A program made the translations under genes and the position numbers. Shown piece by piece: positions 33,240 to 43,675 of a DNA stretch of 55,577 nucleotides. Below the pieces are notes generated by a model. The model did no database searches, had not been told where the DNA came from, and was given only the letters and a program-made list of their open reading frames with translations. The DNA comes from a virus: the IMG/VR virus record IMGVR_UViG_3300029681_000005. One strand, written 5' to 3'. Position 1 is the first letter of the stretch; every line of letters starts with the position of its first letter.

Positions 33240-33255
33240 TAGGAGGTAAAACAAC

Positions 33256-34332
33256 ATGGCACTGAATCTTAAGGAAGTCTTTGCCCCGGCTGCGATTGCC
33301 GCCTATTGGACGAATGACCCTACCAACGCGATGCCCTTTGCATCTGATGCACTGTTTCCCGCCAAGAAGAAGGCCGGTCTCGACCTGAAGTGGCTGCGTG
33401 GTCACAAGGGCGTTGGCGTTTCCCTGATGCCCAGCGCATTTGACGCAAAGGCTACGTTCCGCACCCGTGAGGGCTTCAAGTTCGATGAGACCGAGATGCC
33501 GTTCTTCCGCGAGGGCTACCATCTGGGCGAGAAAGACCGTCAGGAAATCCTGCGTGTTCTGGACAGCAACGACCCCTATGCCCGTGATGTGATGAACCGT
33601 CTGTACGATGACACCGCACAGCTTATCACTGGCGCTCGTATCGTTCCTGAGCGCATGATCTGGCAGCTGCTGGCTCCCGCCAATGGCGTTCCGGGCATCA
33701 CCATCAAGGCAAACGGCGTGAACTACACCTACAACTACGACCCGGACGGCACTTGGAAGTCCACCAACTACAAGGAAGTCTCTGTCGCAAAGTCCAAGTG
33801 GAACGTCGCCACCGCCACCCCCATTGCTGACCTGAACGCTGCAAAGGATGCTGTTCTGGCAAGCGTTGGCGAGGTTGTGACTGAGGTGTACATGAACACC
33901 GCCACCTTCCGCAACATGATTGCTGCGGACGAGGTGAAGAATCGGTTTATGACTGTCACCGCAAAGGCAAACGCCGTTCTGCTGGATGCCGAAGCACGGC
34001 AGATTGTCGAATCTGCAACCGGTCTGACCATCCATCTGTACGACAAGATGTTCAAGGCAGACCAGTACAGCGCAAGCGAGAAGTATCTGCCCGATGGCAT
34101 GGTGGTGGTTGCTCCTTCTGGCGCTCTGGGCAGCACTTGGTACGGCACTACTCCTGAGGAAGCCGACCTGCTGTCCGGTCAGTCTGGTGCATCCGTGTCC
34201 ATCGTGAACACTGGCGTTGCCATCACCACTGAGCTGACCGTTCACCCGGTCAACGCCAACGTCTATGCTTCTGAAATCGTCCTGCCGTCCTTTGAGCGCA
34301 TGGACGCTGTGTACTGCATCAAGGCTTACTAA
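33256..34332 (+). CDS. Major capsid protein (capsid-E-like family)
   Basis: 358 aa. N-terminus MALNLKEVFAPAAIAAYWTNDPTNAMPFASDALFPAKKKAGLDLKW is typical of this family; synteny. Confidence 0.8.
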   Translation: MALNLKEVFAPAAIAAYWTNDPTNAMPFASDALFPAKKKAGLDLKWLRGHKGVGVSLMPSAFDAKATFRTREGFKFDETEMPFFREGYHLGEKDRQEILRVLDSNDPYARDVMNRLYDDTAQLITGARIVPERMIWQLLAPANGVPGITIKANGVNYTYNYDPDGTWKSTNYKEVSVAKSKWNVATATPIADLNAAKDAVLASVGEVVTEVYMNTATFRNMIAADEVKNRFMTVTAKANAVLLDAEARQIVESATGLTIHLYDKMFKADQYSASEKYLPDGMVVVAPSGALGSTWYGTTPEEADLLSGQSGASVSIVNTGVAITTELTVHPVNANVYASEIVLPSFERMDAVYCIKAY

Positions 34333-34352
34333 GGCGAAAGGAGGAAAGCAGC

Positions 34353-34697
34353 ATGGGAGACCAGTATTCCGAAGCGGCAGTCAAGCTGGGGCAGTACATC
34401 GCTCCTGCACTTGACCGTGAAATCACGGACGAGGACTACCCACTCTTCGACCTGCTGCTTGATTTCGCCAAAGACAAGATATTTGCGCAGGGCTACCCCT
34501 TCGGCAACAGACCGGACGAGTTGCCCTTGCAATATCAGTCGTTGCAGATACGCATTGCAGCGGAACTGTACAACCACATCGGCGCAAACGGGCAGACGAG
34601 CTATACCAACAACGGCATTACTCGTGTGTGGGAAAGTTCCGATGTGGCGCAGTCCCTGTTGAATGAAGTAGTTCCGAGAGTAGGTGTTATCGGCTGA
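34353..34697 (+). CDS. Head-tail connector (gp6-like)
   Basis: Size and position; helical N-terminus. Confidence 0.55.
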   Translation: MGDQYSEAAVKLGQYIAPALDREITDEDYPLFDLLLDFAKDKIFAQGYPFGNRPDELPLQYQSLQIRIAAELYNHIGANGQTSYTNNGITRVWESSDVAQSLLNEVVPRVGVIG

Positions 34698-35071
34698 TGT
34701 TCAATGGAAGCCCGCTGGATAAACGCCCGCTGTGGTATTCAAACCCTGTTGGCGAGAAAACGCCTGTTGTGGACGAGTGGGGAAACGAAACCGGCGAAAC
34801 ATCGCAGACGTGGAGCGACCCCGCAAAGCTGATGCTGAATGTCAGCCCGCCTACTGGTTCTGCGGAAGCAAGCCCTTTTGGAGCATTTACGGATTATAGC
34901 TACGTTGTCAGCTCGTCCAGCAAAAAGCGCAACACACCGCTTTATGAAGGTACACACGTCTGGTTTCAGACGGACATTTCAAAGCCCTTCAATTACACTG
35001 TGGTCAAAGTCGCAGAGCATATTACAGACACGTTGTATGCGCTAAAAGAGGTGGCTACAAGTGAAAATTAA
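34697..35071 (+). CDS. Head-closure / head-tail adaptor protein
   Basis: Synteny; TGATG coupling. Confidence 0.5.
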   Translation: MFNGSPLDKRPLWYSNPVGEKTPVVDEWGNETGETSQTWSDPAKLMLNVSPPTGSAEASPFGAFTDYSYVVSSSSKKRNTPLYEGTHVWFQTDISKPFNYTVVKVAEHITDTLYALKEVATSEN

Positions 35072-35582
35072 AGTGAGGTTGAGCGATGCCGGACTCCGTG
35101 ATGCGGAACGTCAGATACAGGAGTACAAGACCACCCTGAACAAGAAAGCTAGAGCGTTTGCTTTTCGCCTTTCGTGGCTGGGGCTTGAAGTCGCAAAGGT
35201 GCGTTTCGCTAATGCGGAATACGCTGGCTCAAATGACGTGAAATGCCATATTAACCAAAAAGACAAGACTTGCACCATCGTTGCAGAAGGCAAAGCGGTC
35301 GCCTTTATCGAGTTTGGCACTGGCGCACATCACAACGGATATGGCGGCGAACTACCGCCCGGTGTTGGTGCGCATGGCTCCTACGGCAAAGGGCAAGGCG
35401 CAAACCGCAGATGGTACTACTACGGAGAATCCGGCAATGCTGGCACGCCTGTCAAACAGGTGGATGGTAAAGGCCAGTTGAATTACACCAGCGGCAACGA
35501 GCCAGCTATGGCTATGTGGGGAGCTGTTGAGGAAATGGCTTCTCAAGTCGAAGCAACGTGGAGGGAGGTTTGGAATAGTTGA
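35061..35582 (+). CDS. HK97-gp10-like neck/tail-completion protein
   Basis: Synteny; GTG start after AGAGGTGG. Confidence 0.5.
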   Translation: MKIKVRLSDAGLRDAERQIQEYKTTLNKKARAFAFRLSWLGLEVAKVRFANAEYAGSNDVKCHINQKDKTCTIVAEGKAVAFIEFGTGAHHNGYGGELPPGVGAHGSYGKGQGANRRWYYYGESGNAGTPVKQVDGKGQLNYTSGNEPAMAMWGAVEEMASQVEATWREVWNS

Positions 35583-35980
35583 TTGATTATTTCAACTCTA
35601 TCTTTACGGCTGTTGCGACCGAACTTCGGAAACAGGTTCCCGGCATTTTTGTTACTGGTGAAATCAACGACAGCAACGTCAAAAAGTTTCCGTGTGTACA
35701 GATAGAGGAAAACAGCAACCTCCCGGTTCACCGGGATTCTGCCAGCCGAAGCAAGTACGCTGCTGTTTCCCTGCGTGTGCGTGTCTATTCCAACAAAACC
35801 AGCGGACGCATTTCAGAAGCACGCTCCATTGTGGGCATCGTAGATTCTGTATTGGAACCGCTCAATTTTTATCGAAAATCGTTTGCCCCGTTGAATGGGC
35901 TGTACAACAATTCCGTCTATCGGATTGATTGCAGTTACGGGGCAACAATCGGAGAGGACGGAATGATTTACCGAAACTAA
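35579..35980 (+). CDS. Tail terminator-like protein
   Basis: Synteny; TTG start after GGAGGGAGG. Confidence 0.5.
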   Translation: MIDYFNSIFTAVATELRKQVPGIFVTGEINDSNVKKFPCVQIEENSNLPVHRDSASRSKYAAVSLRVRVYSNKTSGRISEARSIVGIVDSVLEPLNFYRKSFAPLNGLYNNSVYRIDCSYGATIGEDGMIYRN

Positions 35981-35995
35981 GGAGGTAAACATTCT

Positions 35996-36433
35996 ATGAG
36001 TACTGCTATCTCCGGTCTGAATACCACCCTGTATTGTGGCGACAGCGCAACCGCTCTGACGAAGCTGTGCGACATCAAGGATGTTCCCGACCTGATCTCT
36101 GAGCCGAACCTTCTGGATGCAACCACTCTATCTGACCCCATGCAGGTCAACATCTTCGGTATTATCCAGAGCGACACAAAGTCCTTTACCGCCAACTACA
36201 ACAAGGATGACTACAAGAAAGTCAAGGAAGCTGGCTATGACGAGACTTCCGAAAGCAATGCCGTCAAGTACTACGCACTGAAAATGCAGGACGGATCCGG
36301 CTTTTCTTGGCAGGGTATGCATCAGGTTGGCCTGTCTGGCTTTGGTGTTGACGAGGTCGTGGAAATGACCATCAACTGTATCTTTACCAAGAAGCCTGAG
36401 TTCAGCGAAACTCTGACTATCACTGGCGGTTAA
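35996..36433 (+). CDS. Major tail protein (siphovirus tube)
   Basis: 145 aa, immediately upstream of the chaperone and tape-measure genes; no sheath gene present. Confidence 0.7.
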   Translation: MSTAISGLNTTLYCGDSATALTKLCDIKDVPDLISEPNLLDATTLSDPMQVNIFGIIQSDTKSFTANYNKDDYKKVKEAGYDETSESNAVKYYALKMQDGSGFSWQGMHQVGLSGFGVDEVVEMTINCIFTKKPEFSETLTITGG

Positions 36434-36436
36434 ACC

Positions 36437-36449
36437 AAAAAAAAAAAAA
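36437..36449. repeat. A13 homopolymer just after the major tail gene stop codon
   Basis: ccAAAAAAAAAAAAAc, counted from the sequence. Confidence 0.9.
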
Positions 36450-36522
36450 CAAATCAATCAAACCGGGCAGAACTGAACATCGGATTTGGTTCTGCCCCTA
36501 TTTATAAAGGAGAGCATTTATT

Positions 36523-36870
36523 ATGGCTGCAAAAGTTATCAATTTTCATTCCCCCGATGGCAAGAACACTTACGAGCTGACTTTCACCCGTGACAGCGTG
36601 GAAGCCACCGAACGCGCAGGCTTTCAGATTGGTCAGTACACCCAGATGACCAACCTGCTGTCCAACTCCCGCGCCCTGTTCTACGGCGCGTTTATCGCCC
36701 GGAATCGTGGCATCAAGCGTAAAGTCGTGGACGAAATGTTTGCCCACATCGACGAGAAGGAAGAGCTGATGGCTGCGCTGCTTGAAATGTTCATGGATGC
36801 TTCCAAGTCTCTGCTGGCGACTGATACTGAGGACAAGACCGCAAAAAACGCAACGTGGGAGATTGTGTAA
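36523..36870 (+). CDS. Tail assembly chaperone (gpG-like)
   Basis: Position before the tape measure; slippery site near its 3-prime end. Confidence 0.75.
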   Translation: MAAKVINFHSPDGKNTYELTFTRDSVEATERAGFQIGQYTQMTNLLSNSRALFYGAFIARNRGIKRKVVDEMFAHIDEKEELMAALLEMFMDASKSLLATDTEDKTAKNATWEIV

Positions 36871-37280
36871 CCGCACAATCTCAGGAATCAGACGGAGAGG
36901 GAGAATCGTTCTCCTTCTCCAAGCTGTTCCACGATGTAGAAGCCTATTACATCTCCATCGGCATGACCTACGAGCAGTTCTGGCACGGCGATGTCTGGCT
37001 GGCTAAGGTATATCGTGACGCAGAGGAGCTGCGAGAACGCAGAGCCAATGCAGAAGCTTGGAGAAATGGCTTTTACATGGCATCTGCGCTTTCCTCTACG
37101 GTTGGCAATATGTTCCGAAAGAAAGGGTCTAGACCTATCAAGTACATGGATAGACCGATTCCCCTTACTCAAAAGGAGAAGGAAGAGTATGAATACCAAC
37201 GTGCTGCGGAAGCACAGGAGCGAATCAAACGTATGATGTTCTCCATGATGGAGCAAAAGGATGGTGGTAGTGATGGCTGA
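36523..37280 (+). CDS. Tail assembly chaperone frameshift fusion (gpGT-like)
   Basis: ORF 36855..37280 lies in the -1 frame relative to 36523..36870, with no stop between the slip site and 36855. Confidence 0.65.
36843..36849 (+). promoter_or_regulatory. -1 programmed ribosomal frameshift heptamer A_AAA_AAC
   Basis: Zero frame reads gca-aaa-aac. The -1 frame is open from here through 37280. Confidence 0.7.
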
Positions 37281-40200
37281 TGTTGATATTACAAGCTTAT
37301 CCGTAGAAATCTCTGCGGAATCCAGCGGTGCGGAGCTTAATATCGACAAGCTCGCTACCGCCATTTCTAATTTGCGGACGAAAGGCAACGTGGCAAAGGT
37401 TTGCAGTAGTCTTGATAAGTTATCTGCTTCTATTTCCGCTCTTAAATCCGCATCTACTGGGCTGGACGGTCTTAGCAAAATCACGTCTTTTATGAACGGT
37501 TTTGCTAATGTAGACCTTACTCAAAGTGCAAAAGGAATCCGCTCTGTTGCTAATGCTTTGAACAAAATTTTGTCCGTCAATCTTGGAAACATGGATTTTT
37601 CCGGGCTTGGCAGCAAGATGAACAGCTTGAAGAACGGCTTTTCCCCTATTTCTTCTATTAGCGATTCTTCCATTAAGAGTTTGCGTAGCGTAAGCAGTGC
37701 AATCAATTCCATTGCTAAAATCCCAAGCATTACAAAGAAACTGGACTCTAAAACGCTTGATGATTTTGCGGAAGTTTGTAAGAAAGTGGCATCCGCTATT
37801 TCTCCACTCGCTTCCAAGCTGGACAAGGTAGGACGCTCTTTTTCTTCGCTTCCATCTAAAATTAAAAGTGCTGTCAATTCTACAACCCACTTTTCTTCGG
37901 CAAACCAGAAAGCAAGTGCTAGTCTTTCAAGTTTGGAAAACCAGTTAGAAACCATCAAGAAACGTGCAGCACAGCTAGTTTCTCTGAAAGCTATTGCCAC
38001 TTATCTTGCTAATGCCGTTACTAAGTTCAATGACTTTTATGAAGCAACAGACTTGTTCAATAACGCAATGGGCGAGTTAAGCGGTCAAGCAACAGAGCTT
38101 ATCAATAAGATGGAGTCTCTGCTTGGCATCGACCCGACAGAAGCAATGACAAATATTGCTACGCTCCAAAGCCTTGCAACTTCGTTCGGTCTAGCAAGCG
38201 ATAAAGCGTATATCTTATCCAAGAACCTGACTCAACTTGCCTATGACGAATCGTCCTATTGGAATAAAGATACTGCTACCACCTTTACCGCAATTGCTTC
38301 TGCTATCTCTGGAGAACTTGAGCCTATTCGCCGTTTGGGCGTTGATCTGTCTCAGGCACGGTTACAGCAGGAACTTCTTGCTTTGGGATTTAACAAACAG
38401 GTTTCTAGTTTGTCTCAGGCAGATAAGGCGGTTCTTCGTTATATTGCCATTATGAAGCAGACTGCCAATGTGCAGGGCAACCTTGCACAGACCATTAGTA
38501 GCCCCGCCAATATGGTACGCATTTTGAAGTCTGAAATTTCACAGCTCGCAAAGGCTGTTGGTCAGCTTCTTTATCCCGCATTTAAGGCGATTCTCCCCGT
38601 TCTGATTGCGGCAGTTGACCTTATCAAAGAATTTGTGGTCTCTCTTGCATCTGCGTTCGGACAGAAAATTGAATTTACCGATTTTAGCAAGACACAGAAA
38701 GATATTGGTGGCGTGGCCAACGCTATGGATGACACCGCCGATGCTACAAAATCGGCAGCAAAAGCAGCCAAAGACTATACGATGGGTTTTGATGAATTAA
38801 ACATTATCGACCCTTCACAAAACTCTGGTTCTTCCGGTTCTGGTGGCGGCGCTACTGGTAATCTGCTCGGTGATGTTGACCTTTCCCAATATGATATGTT
38901 CAAAGATTATGCTGGAAGCGTTGTTGATGAGATTAAGGCGAAATTAAAATCTCTCGATTCTTTTCAAATCGGAACCCAAATTGGTGAACAGCTAAATAAA
39001 CTTATGGGCATGATTTATGATGCCATCCATTCTGTTGATTGGGCCTCGCTTGGAGCAGTTTTTGCAGATGGCATTAACGGGCTCGTGGATTCTGTAGACT
39101 GGGATTTGTTTGGTCGATTGCTTGCGGACAGATTCATTATCGAGTTTGAGCTTCTTGGCGGTTTCCTGTCTCAGCTTGACTGGACATCTGTGCTTAACGC
39201 CTTTATTGATGGCTTTTCTGGATTCTTTCACGAACTTTCAGATTGGATAGCAACAGTAGATTGGACTGGTGTTGGGAAGCAATTAACTGATAAGCTTTCC
39301 GATGCTTTTCAAAATGTTGAGATTGAAAAGCTTGCAAGAGTTCTTTTTAACTTTATCACTGATAGCATTAACGCTGTTTCTGATTTCTTGGCTGGAACAG
39401 ACTCTTACCAGCTCGGCCAAGACCTCGTTGACTTTGCTATTAGAGCCGTTACTTCTGTAGATTGGGCCGGGCTAGCTCAAGCCATAGGTCGTTTCTTTGG
39501 CGAAGCGTTCATTGAAGCGCTCGACTTCATGGGTGGTCTAGTTTCTCGAATTGCCGATTATTTTGAAGAGAAAGTAGCAGAGGGGCCGTTCGATAATGTT
39601 GGCCTGAATATCGTCTACGGTATTTATTACGGCATTCAAGACGCAATCACAAATGTTGCTTCTTGGATTGTTGAAAATGTGTTCAATCCGTTTATCAATG
39701 GCTTTAAGTCTGCCTTTGGAATCAATTCCCCATCTACCGTAATGGCTGAACAAGGCGGATACATTATCGCCGGATTGAAGAAAGGTATCACTGACGCTAT
39801 CTCTAGCGTAACTGAAACTGCGAAAAAAATTCTTTCTGCAATCAAGAGCGCATTTGACAATTTTAGCCTTTTTGATATTGGCAAGAACCTGATTCAGGGT
39901 CTTATTGATGGCGTGAACAATATGATTGAAACGGCCAAAAACGCTGTTGCAAATGTTGGCAATGCAGTCATTGATAAGGTCAAGAATGTGCTCGGCATCC
40001 ACTCCCCTTCTACGGTCTTTGCGGAGATTGGCGGTTACATCGACCAGGGCCTTGCAAACGGTATCACTGCTGCTGTCTCCTACGTCACCACTGCCATGCA
40101 GGGCGTTGTAGATGCTGTGCAGGAGAAGGGACAGGCGCTGATTGATGCTGGCTCTGCTCAGGCAACCAGCTACGTTACCGGGTTCTTGAACGGTCTGGAT

Positions 40201-41214
40201 ACCCAGTGGCAACACATCGATCAGAGCTTGCAATCTGATTTCTTTGGCAGCATTGGCACTCTGTGGGATGCGATTTCTAACGGAGACCTTGAAAAGCTCG
40301 GCACATGGGCTGCTTCCTATTTCTATCATGCAATGGATGATGAGCAACGAAAGCAAATCAAGTCCATTGCCAATAACAGCTTGCAGTGGCTGACGCAGGG
40401 CTTGAGCAGTGTTTGGAACAACATTGCCGGTATGGCATCGAGCTTTATTAGTCAGTTTGTTCCTTCTGCTATGGCTGCAACGTCTGCTCAAACGAGTTTG
40501 AACATTGCAATGGATGCAAACCCTGTTATGCTGGTTATTTCCCTGATTGGCATGTTGGTTGGCGCTCTTGTCAATTTTGCCAATAAGAACAAGAGCATCG
40601 CTTCGTTCCTGTCTAATCTTTGGTATGGAATCGGAGATTTCTTCTCGATTGTATTTGAAGGGATTCTCCGCGTTCTCGGAACGGCAATTCAAGGCATTGT
40701 TGCTGGAATAAATGCTTTAATTGACGCACGCAATTTCTTTAATCCCTTTGATAAATGGGGGCATATCAGCAACCCTCTTTATGATTGGGCTGACAATGTT
40801 GCGAGTAGCCGCGCGGAAAGCCAGCGCAAACGTCAAGAAGCGGCCAATAGTGGCTTTGACGATTCCAAAGACCCAACTAACTACGAACAGCAGTACAAGG
40901 AACTGCAAGAAAAGTACAAAAATGGTTCTTATCCTGGCACAAAAGAGTGGGATAAAAACAATGGTACATCCTCCGGCTATTACGGCGGGAGCACGACCGT
41001 TACGGTTGATTTCAACGAAGAGGAAATGCGTGAATCTGTCTACAATGGCACTTACAACGCATTCCTTGACATCTTCCAGCGGTATGGTGACGAACTGACC
41101 GGTGGCAAGGAAATGAAAATCTACCTTGACGGAAAGCAAATCACAGCATCCATTGAAAAGCGGCAGAACGCCCGTGGACAGTCTTTGATGGGCAGTGAGG
41201 TTTACAGCTACTAA
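37273..41214 (+). CDS. Tape measure protein
   Basis: About 1313 aa, helical and repeat-rich, hydrophobic segment near residue 1080; synteny. Confidence 0.85.
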   Translation: MADVDITSLSVEISAESSGAELNIDKLATAISNLRTKGNVAKVCSSLDKLSASISALKSASTGLDGLSKITSFMNGFANVDLTQSAKGIRSVANALNKILSVNLGNMDFSGLGSKMNSLKNGFSPISSISDSSIKSLRSVSSAINSIAKIPSITKKLDSKTLDDFAEVCKKVASAISPLASKLDKVGRSFSSLPSKIKSAVNSTTHFSSANQKASASLSSLENQLETIKKRAAQLVSLKAIATYLANAVTKFNDFYEATDLFNNAMGELSGQATELINKMESLLGIDPTEAMTNIATLQSLATSFGLASDKAYILSKNLTQLAYDESSYWNKDTATTFTAIASAISGELEPIRRLGVDLSQARLQQELLALGFNKQVSSLSQADKAVLRYIAIMKQTANVQGNLAQTISSPANMVRILKSEISQLAKAVGQLLYPAFKAILPVLIAAVDLIKEFVVSLASAFGQKIEFTDFSKTQKDIGGVANAMDDTADATKSAAKAAKDYTMGFDELNIIDPSQNSGSSGSGGGATGNLLGDVDLSQYDMFKDYAGSVVDEIKAKLKSLDSFQIGTQIGEQLNKLMGMIYDAIHSVDWASLGAVFADGINGLVDSVDWDLFGRLLADRFIIEFELLGGFLSQLDWTSVLNAFIDGFSGFFHELSDWIATVDWTGVGKQLTDKLSDAFQNVEIEKLARVLFNFITDSINAVSDFLAGTDSYQLGQDLVDFAIRAVTSVDWAGLAQAIGRFFGEAFIEALDFMGGLVSRIADYFEEKVAEGPFDNVGLNIVYGIYYGIQDAITNVASWIVENVFNPFINGFKSAFGINSPSTVMAEQGGYIIAGLKKGITDAISSVTETAKKILSAIKSAFDNFSLFDIGKNLIQGLIDGVNNMIETAKNAVANVGNAVIDKVKNVLGIHSPSTVFAEIGGYIDQGLANGITAAVSYVTTAMQGVVDAVQEKGQALIDAGSAQATSYVTGFLNGLDTQWQHIDQSLQSDFFGSIGTLWDAISNGDLEKLGTWAASYFYHAMDDEQRKQIKSIANNSLQWLTQGLSSVWNNIAGMASSFISQFVPSAMAATSAQTSLNIAMDANPVMLVISLIGMLVGALVNFANKNKSIASFLSNLWYGIGDFFSIVFEGILRVLGTAIQGIVAGINALIDARNFFNPFDKWGHISNPLYDWADNVASSRAESQRKRQEAANSGFDDSKDPTNYEQQYKELQEKYKNGSYPGTKEWDKNNGTSSGYYGGSTTVTVDFNEEEMRESVYNGTYNAFLDIFQRYGDELTGGKEMKIYLDGKQITASIEKRQNARGQSLMGSEVYSY

Positions 41215-41228
41215 GGAGGTGGCGGTTT

Positions 41229-41603
41229 ATGGCGATCCCAGCACTGGTAACGGTAAATGGCGTAGACTTGCCGGAACCTTCTTCTTACGAAGCAACCACT
41301 AGCACCATCGTGGATTCTGGACGAAACGTTCAAGGCAAAGTAGTCGGCTCTGTTGTGCGGCATGATGTAGCAAAAGTATCTCTGAAATGGAACTACCTCA
41401 CCGCACAGCAGTGGGCCGCTATTCTTAGCCTGTTCACGACACGATTTTACTGCACTGTTCGCTTTTATAATCAGGCAAAAGCCGGGTATGATACGCGGCA
41501 GATGTACGTTTCAGACCGAACATCTGGTATGTGGCGGCGTGGACCGAAAACCGGCAATGTGATGGGCTGGACGGATTGCTCGATTGCGCTTGTGGAGGTG
41601 TAG
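41229..41603 (+). CDS. Small tail-tip protein
   Basis: Immediately after the tape measure; 124 aa. Confidence 0.5.
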   Translation: MAIPALVTVNGVDLPEPSSYEATTSTIVDSGRNVQGKVVGSVVRHDVAKVSLKWNYLTAQQWAAILSLFTTRFYCTVRFYNQAKAGYDTRQMYVSDRTSGMWRRGPKTGNVMGWTDCSIALVEV

Positions 41604-41606
41604 CCT

Positions 41607-43214
41607 ATGGTACAACCTTCTCAGAAGTGGATTGAAAAGTTTTCCGAAACGCTTGTGCCGGAGATGTTTGTGCGCATTACCTATGGCGTTACAGAACCAG
41701 GTTTGCAAGAAGATGCAATTCCTAGCACAAACGGCGAAACATTCTTCAGCAATGTATCCTCTATTGTTGACAGTAAATTGCAGACTTACACAAAATATTC
41801 TACCGGAGAATTAAATTTCACTGTTTTGGACGGCAATTATACCTTGTTCGACAGAAGCGTGGAATCGCAAGAAGCTGGTTATGTTAGTGAAAATTGCGTT
41901 TCGATTTCAAACCACCCGATTATTACCCTCTCGTTCAGCAAAGTTCATACCGTGACGATTCCTGGCATTACCATTACATGGTCGTCAACGTTCAATGAAT
42001 GGCCGACAAGTTTCAAGCTGACTGCTTATTCTGGAAGCACAGTCGTATCCACCAAAACAGTGTCGAATAATTCCTCTATCACCACCGATATTGACTTTAA
42101 AATTGCAAATTACGATTCCATTTCCATTCAAATCTTGTCGTGGTGTTTGGAAAATCGGCGTGCACGAGTTGAGCAGGTTAAGCTGGGCCAATTCATTGTG
42201 TTTGAGAAGAAAGACATCTTTTCGTATAAGCATGATTCCACAAGAGACCCGATCAGCGGACAACTTCCGAATGACAGCATTACTTTTACGGTGGATAACA
42301 GCACGCAGAAGTGGAACCCGATTAACCCGGAAGGCCTTTACAAATACCTGTATGAGCGCCAGCCTATCTCTGTGGAGTACGGCATGGACTTGGACGGAAC
42401 GGTGGAATGGATTACAGGCGGCAAGTTCTTCTTGTCTGAGTGGAATGTTCCATCTAATAGTATCGAAGCAAGCTTTACTGCCCGTGATGCTTTTGGCTAT
42501 CTTATGGTTTCCAACTACACAGGAAGAATGTACGGCACTCTTTATGAGATGGCCTACGATGCGCTGGAGCTTTTGAGCGACAACGTGGCAACGTTTCAGA
42601 TTTCCGATGAACTGAAACAATATAGCACGGATATCACAAAGCAGGATAAAGGCAACTATAAGGATTCTGATATTTTACAGATGGTTGCTAACGCAGCTGG
42701 CATGGCAATGTATCAGACCAGAGAAGGCGTGATCGTAATCGGGCGCATTCCTGATATCTCTACTGCAAAAGCAAACATTTCCGGTGAAATTGATATTGTC
42801 AATAACTTCAGCTGGCCTGAAATTGCATTTTCTTCCCCTTTGAAAAATGTAACCTGTTCGATTGATGTAAAATCTTCCGATGGCTCGAGCACTACAAGCA
42901 AAACGTATTCTTACCCAGAAAACCCGGCAGGTGGTGGAGCAACGCAGACTGTCAACAATGAAATGCTGTCTCAAAGCATTCTCGGCCAGAGCAGGAATAT
43001 TTTGACAGAAGCATACAAAGTGCTTTCCAACCGCCGCAAGGTCACATTGGAATATCGTGCAAGTCCGCACTTTGATGCGCTGGATTACGTCCTTGTTCAT
43101 CACCAGTTCGGCTATTCCTCTGTACTGCTTACTACAAGTTTTTCTTATCAGTATTCCGGCTGTTTTTACGGGACGGTCGAAGGATATCTCTTGGAAGGAG
43201 CTGACGTTCGTTGA
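41607..43214 (+). CDS. Tail/baseplate protein (535 aa)
   Basis: Synteny downstream of the tape measure. Confidence 0.6.
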   Translation: MVQPSQKWIEKFSETLVPEMFVRITYGVTEPGLQEDAIPSTNGETFFSNVSSIVDSKLQTYTKYSTGELNFTVLDGNYTLFDRSVESQEAGYVSENCVSISNHPIITLSFSKVHTVTIPGITITWSSTFNEWPTSFKLTAYSGSTVVSTKTVSNNSSITTDIDFKIANYDSISIQILSWCLENRRARVEQVKLGQFIVFEKKDIFSYKHDSTRDPISGQLPNDSITFTVDNSTQKWNPINPEGLYKYLYERQPISVEYGMDLDGTVEWITGGKFFLSEWNVPSNSIEASFTARDAFGYLMVSNYTGRMYGTLYEMAYDALELLSDNVATFQISDELKQYSTDITKQDKGNYKDSDILQMVANAAGMAMYQTREGVIVIGRIPDISTAKANISGEIDIVNNFSWPEIAFSSPLKNVTCSIDVKSSDGSSTTSKTYSYPENPAGGGATQTVNNEMLSQSILGQSRNILTEAYKVLSNRRKVTLEYRASPHFDALDYVLVHHQFGYSSVLLTTSFSYQYSGCFYGTVEGYLLEGADVR

Positions 43215-43675
43215 CCCGGTGGATTACAGACAGAACCGATGATGATATTGCGCAAGTCAAGGCGATTACATCGAAAGCAAAAGCGGGAACGTGGACAGAG
43301 GAAGAACAGGCAGAATGGGCCGCTGGCATGAAGGGCGCTCTAAGCTACATGGACTACAACCGCATTGAAAGCGGTATCCAAGAGATTGCGGCCATCCTGA
43401 ATGCATCTGTTTCAGTCAAAACCGACTGGGATGTAAATGGATACCTGACTGTCGCAGATGCTTCCCGGTGGCTTTCCAATATCAAAGCTATTCGTTCTTT
43501 GTGCAGTGGCAAAAACAATACTCCCGAAACTCCCGCTTCCCTCAATTATCTGCATTATACGATTATCAATCAGGTTGAAGAAATTCTGCTTGATATCGAA
43601 ACGATAGCCAACAACCATCTAATCTACTGCTCAGAGCCAGTCTGTGGAGGTGAACCTTACTATGCACTTTGTTGA
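43211..43675 (+). CDS. Tail-associated hypothetical protein (154 aa)
   Basis: TTG start after GGAAGGAG; synteny. Confidence 0.5.
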   Translation: MTRWITDRTDDDIAQVKAITSKAKAGTWTEEEQAEWAAGMKGALSYMDYNRIESGIQEIAAILNASVSVKTDWDVNGYLTVADASRWLSNIKAIRSLCSGKNNTPETPASLNYLHYTIINQVEEILLDIETIANNHLIYCSEPVCGGEPYYALC

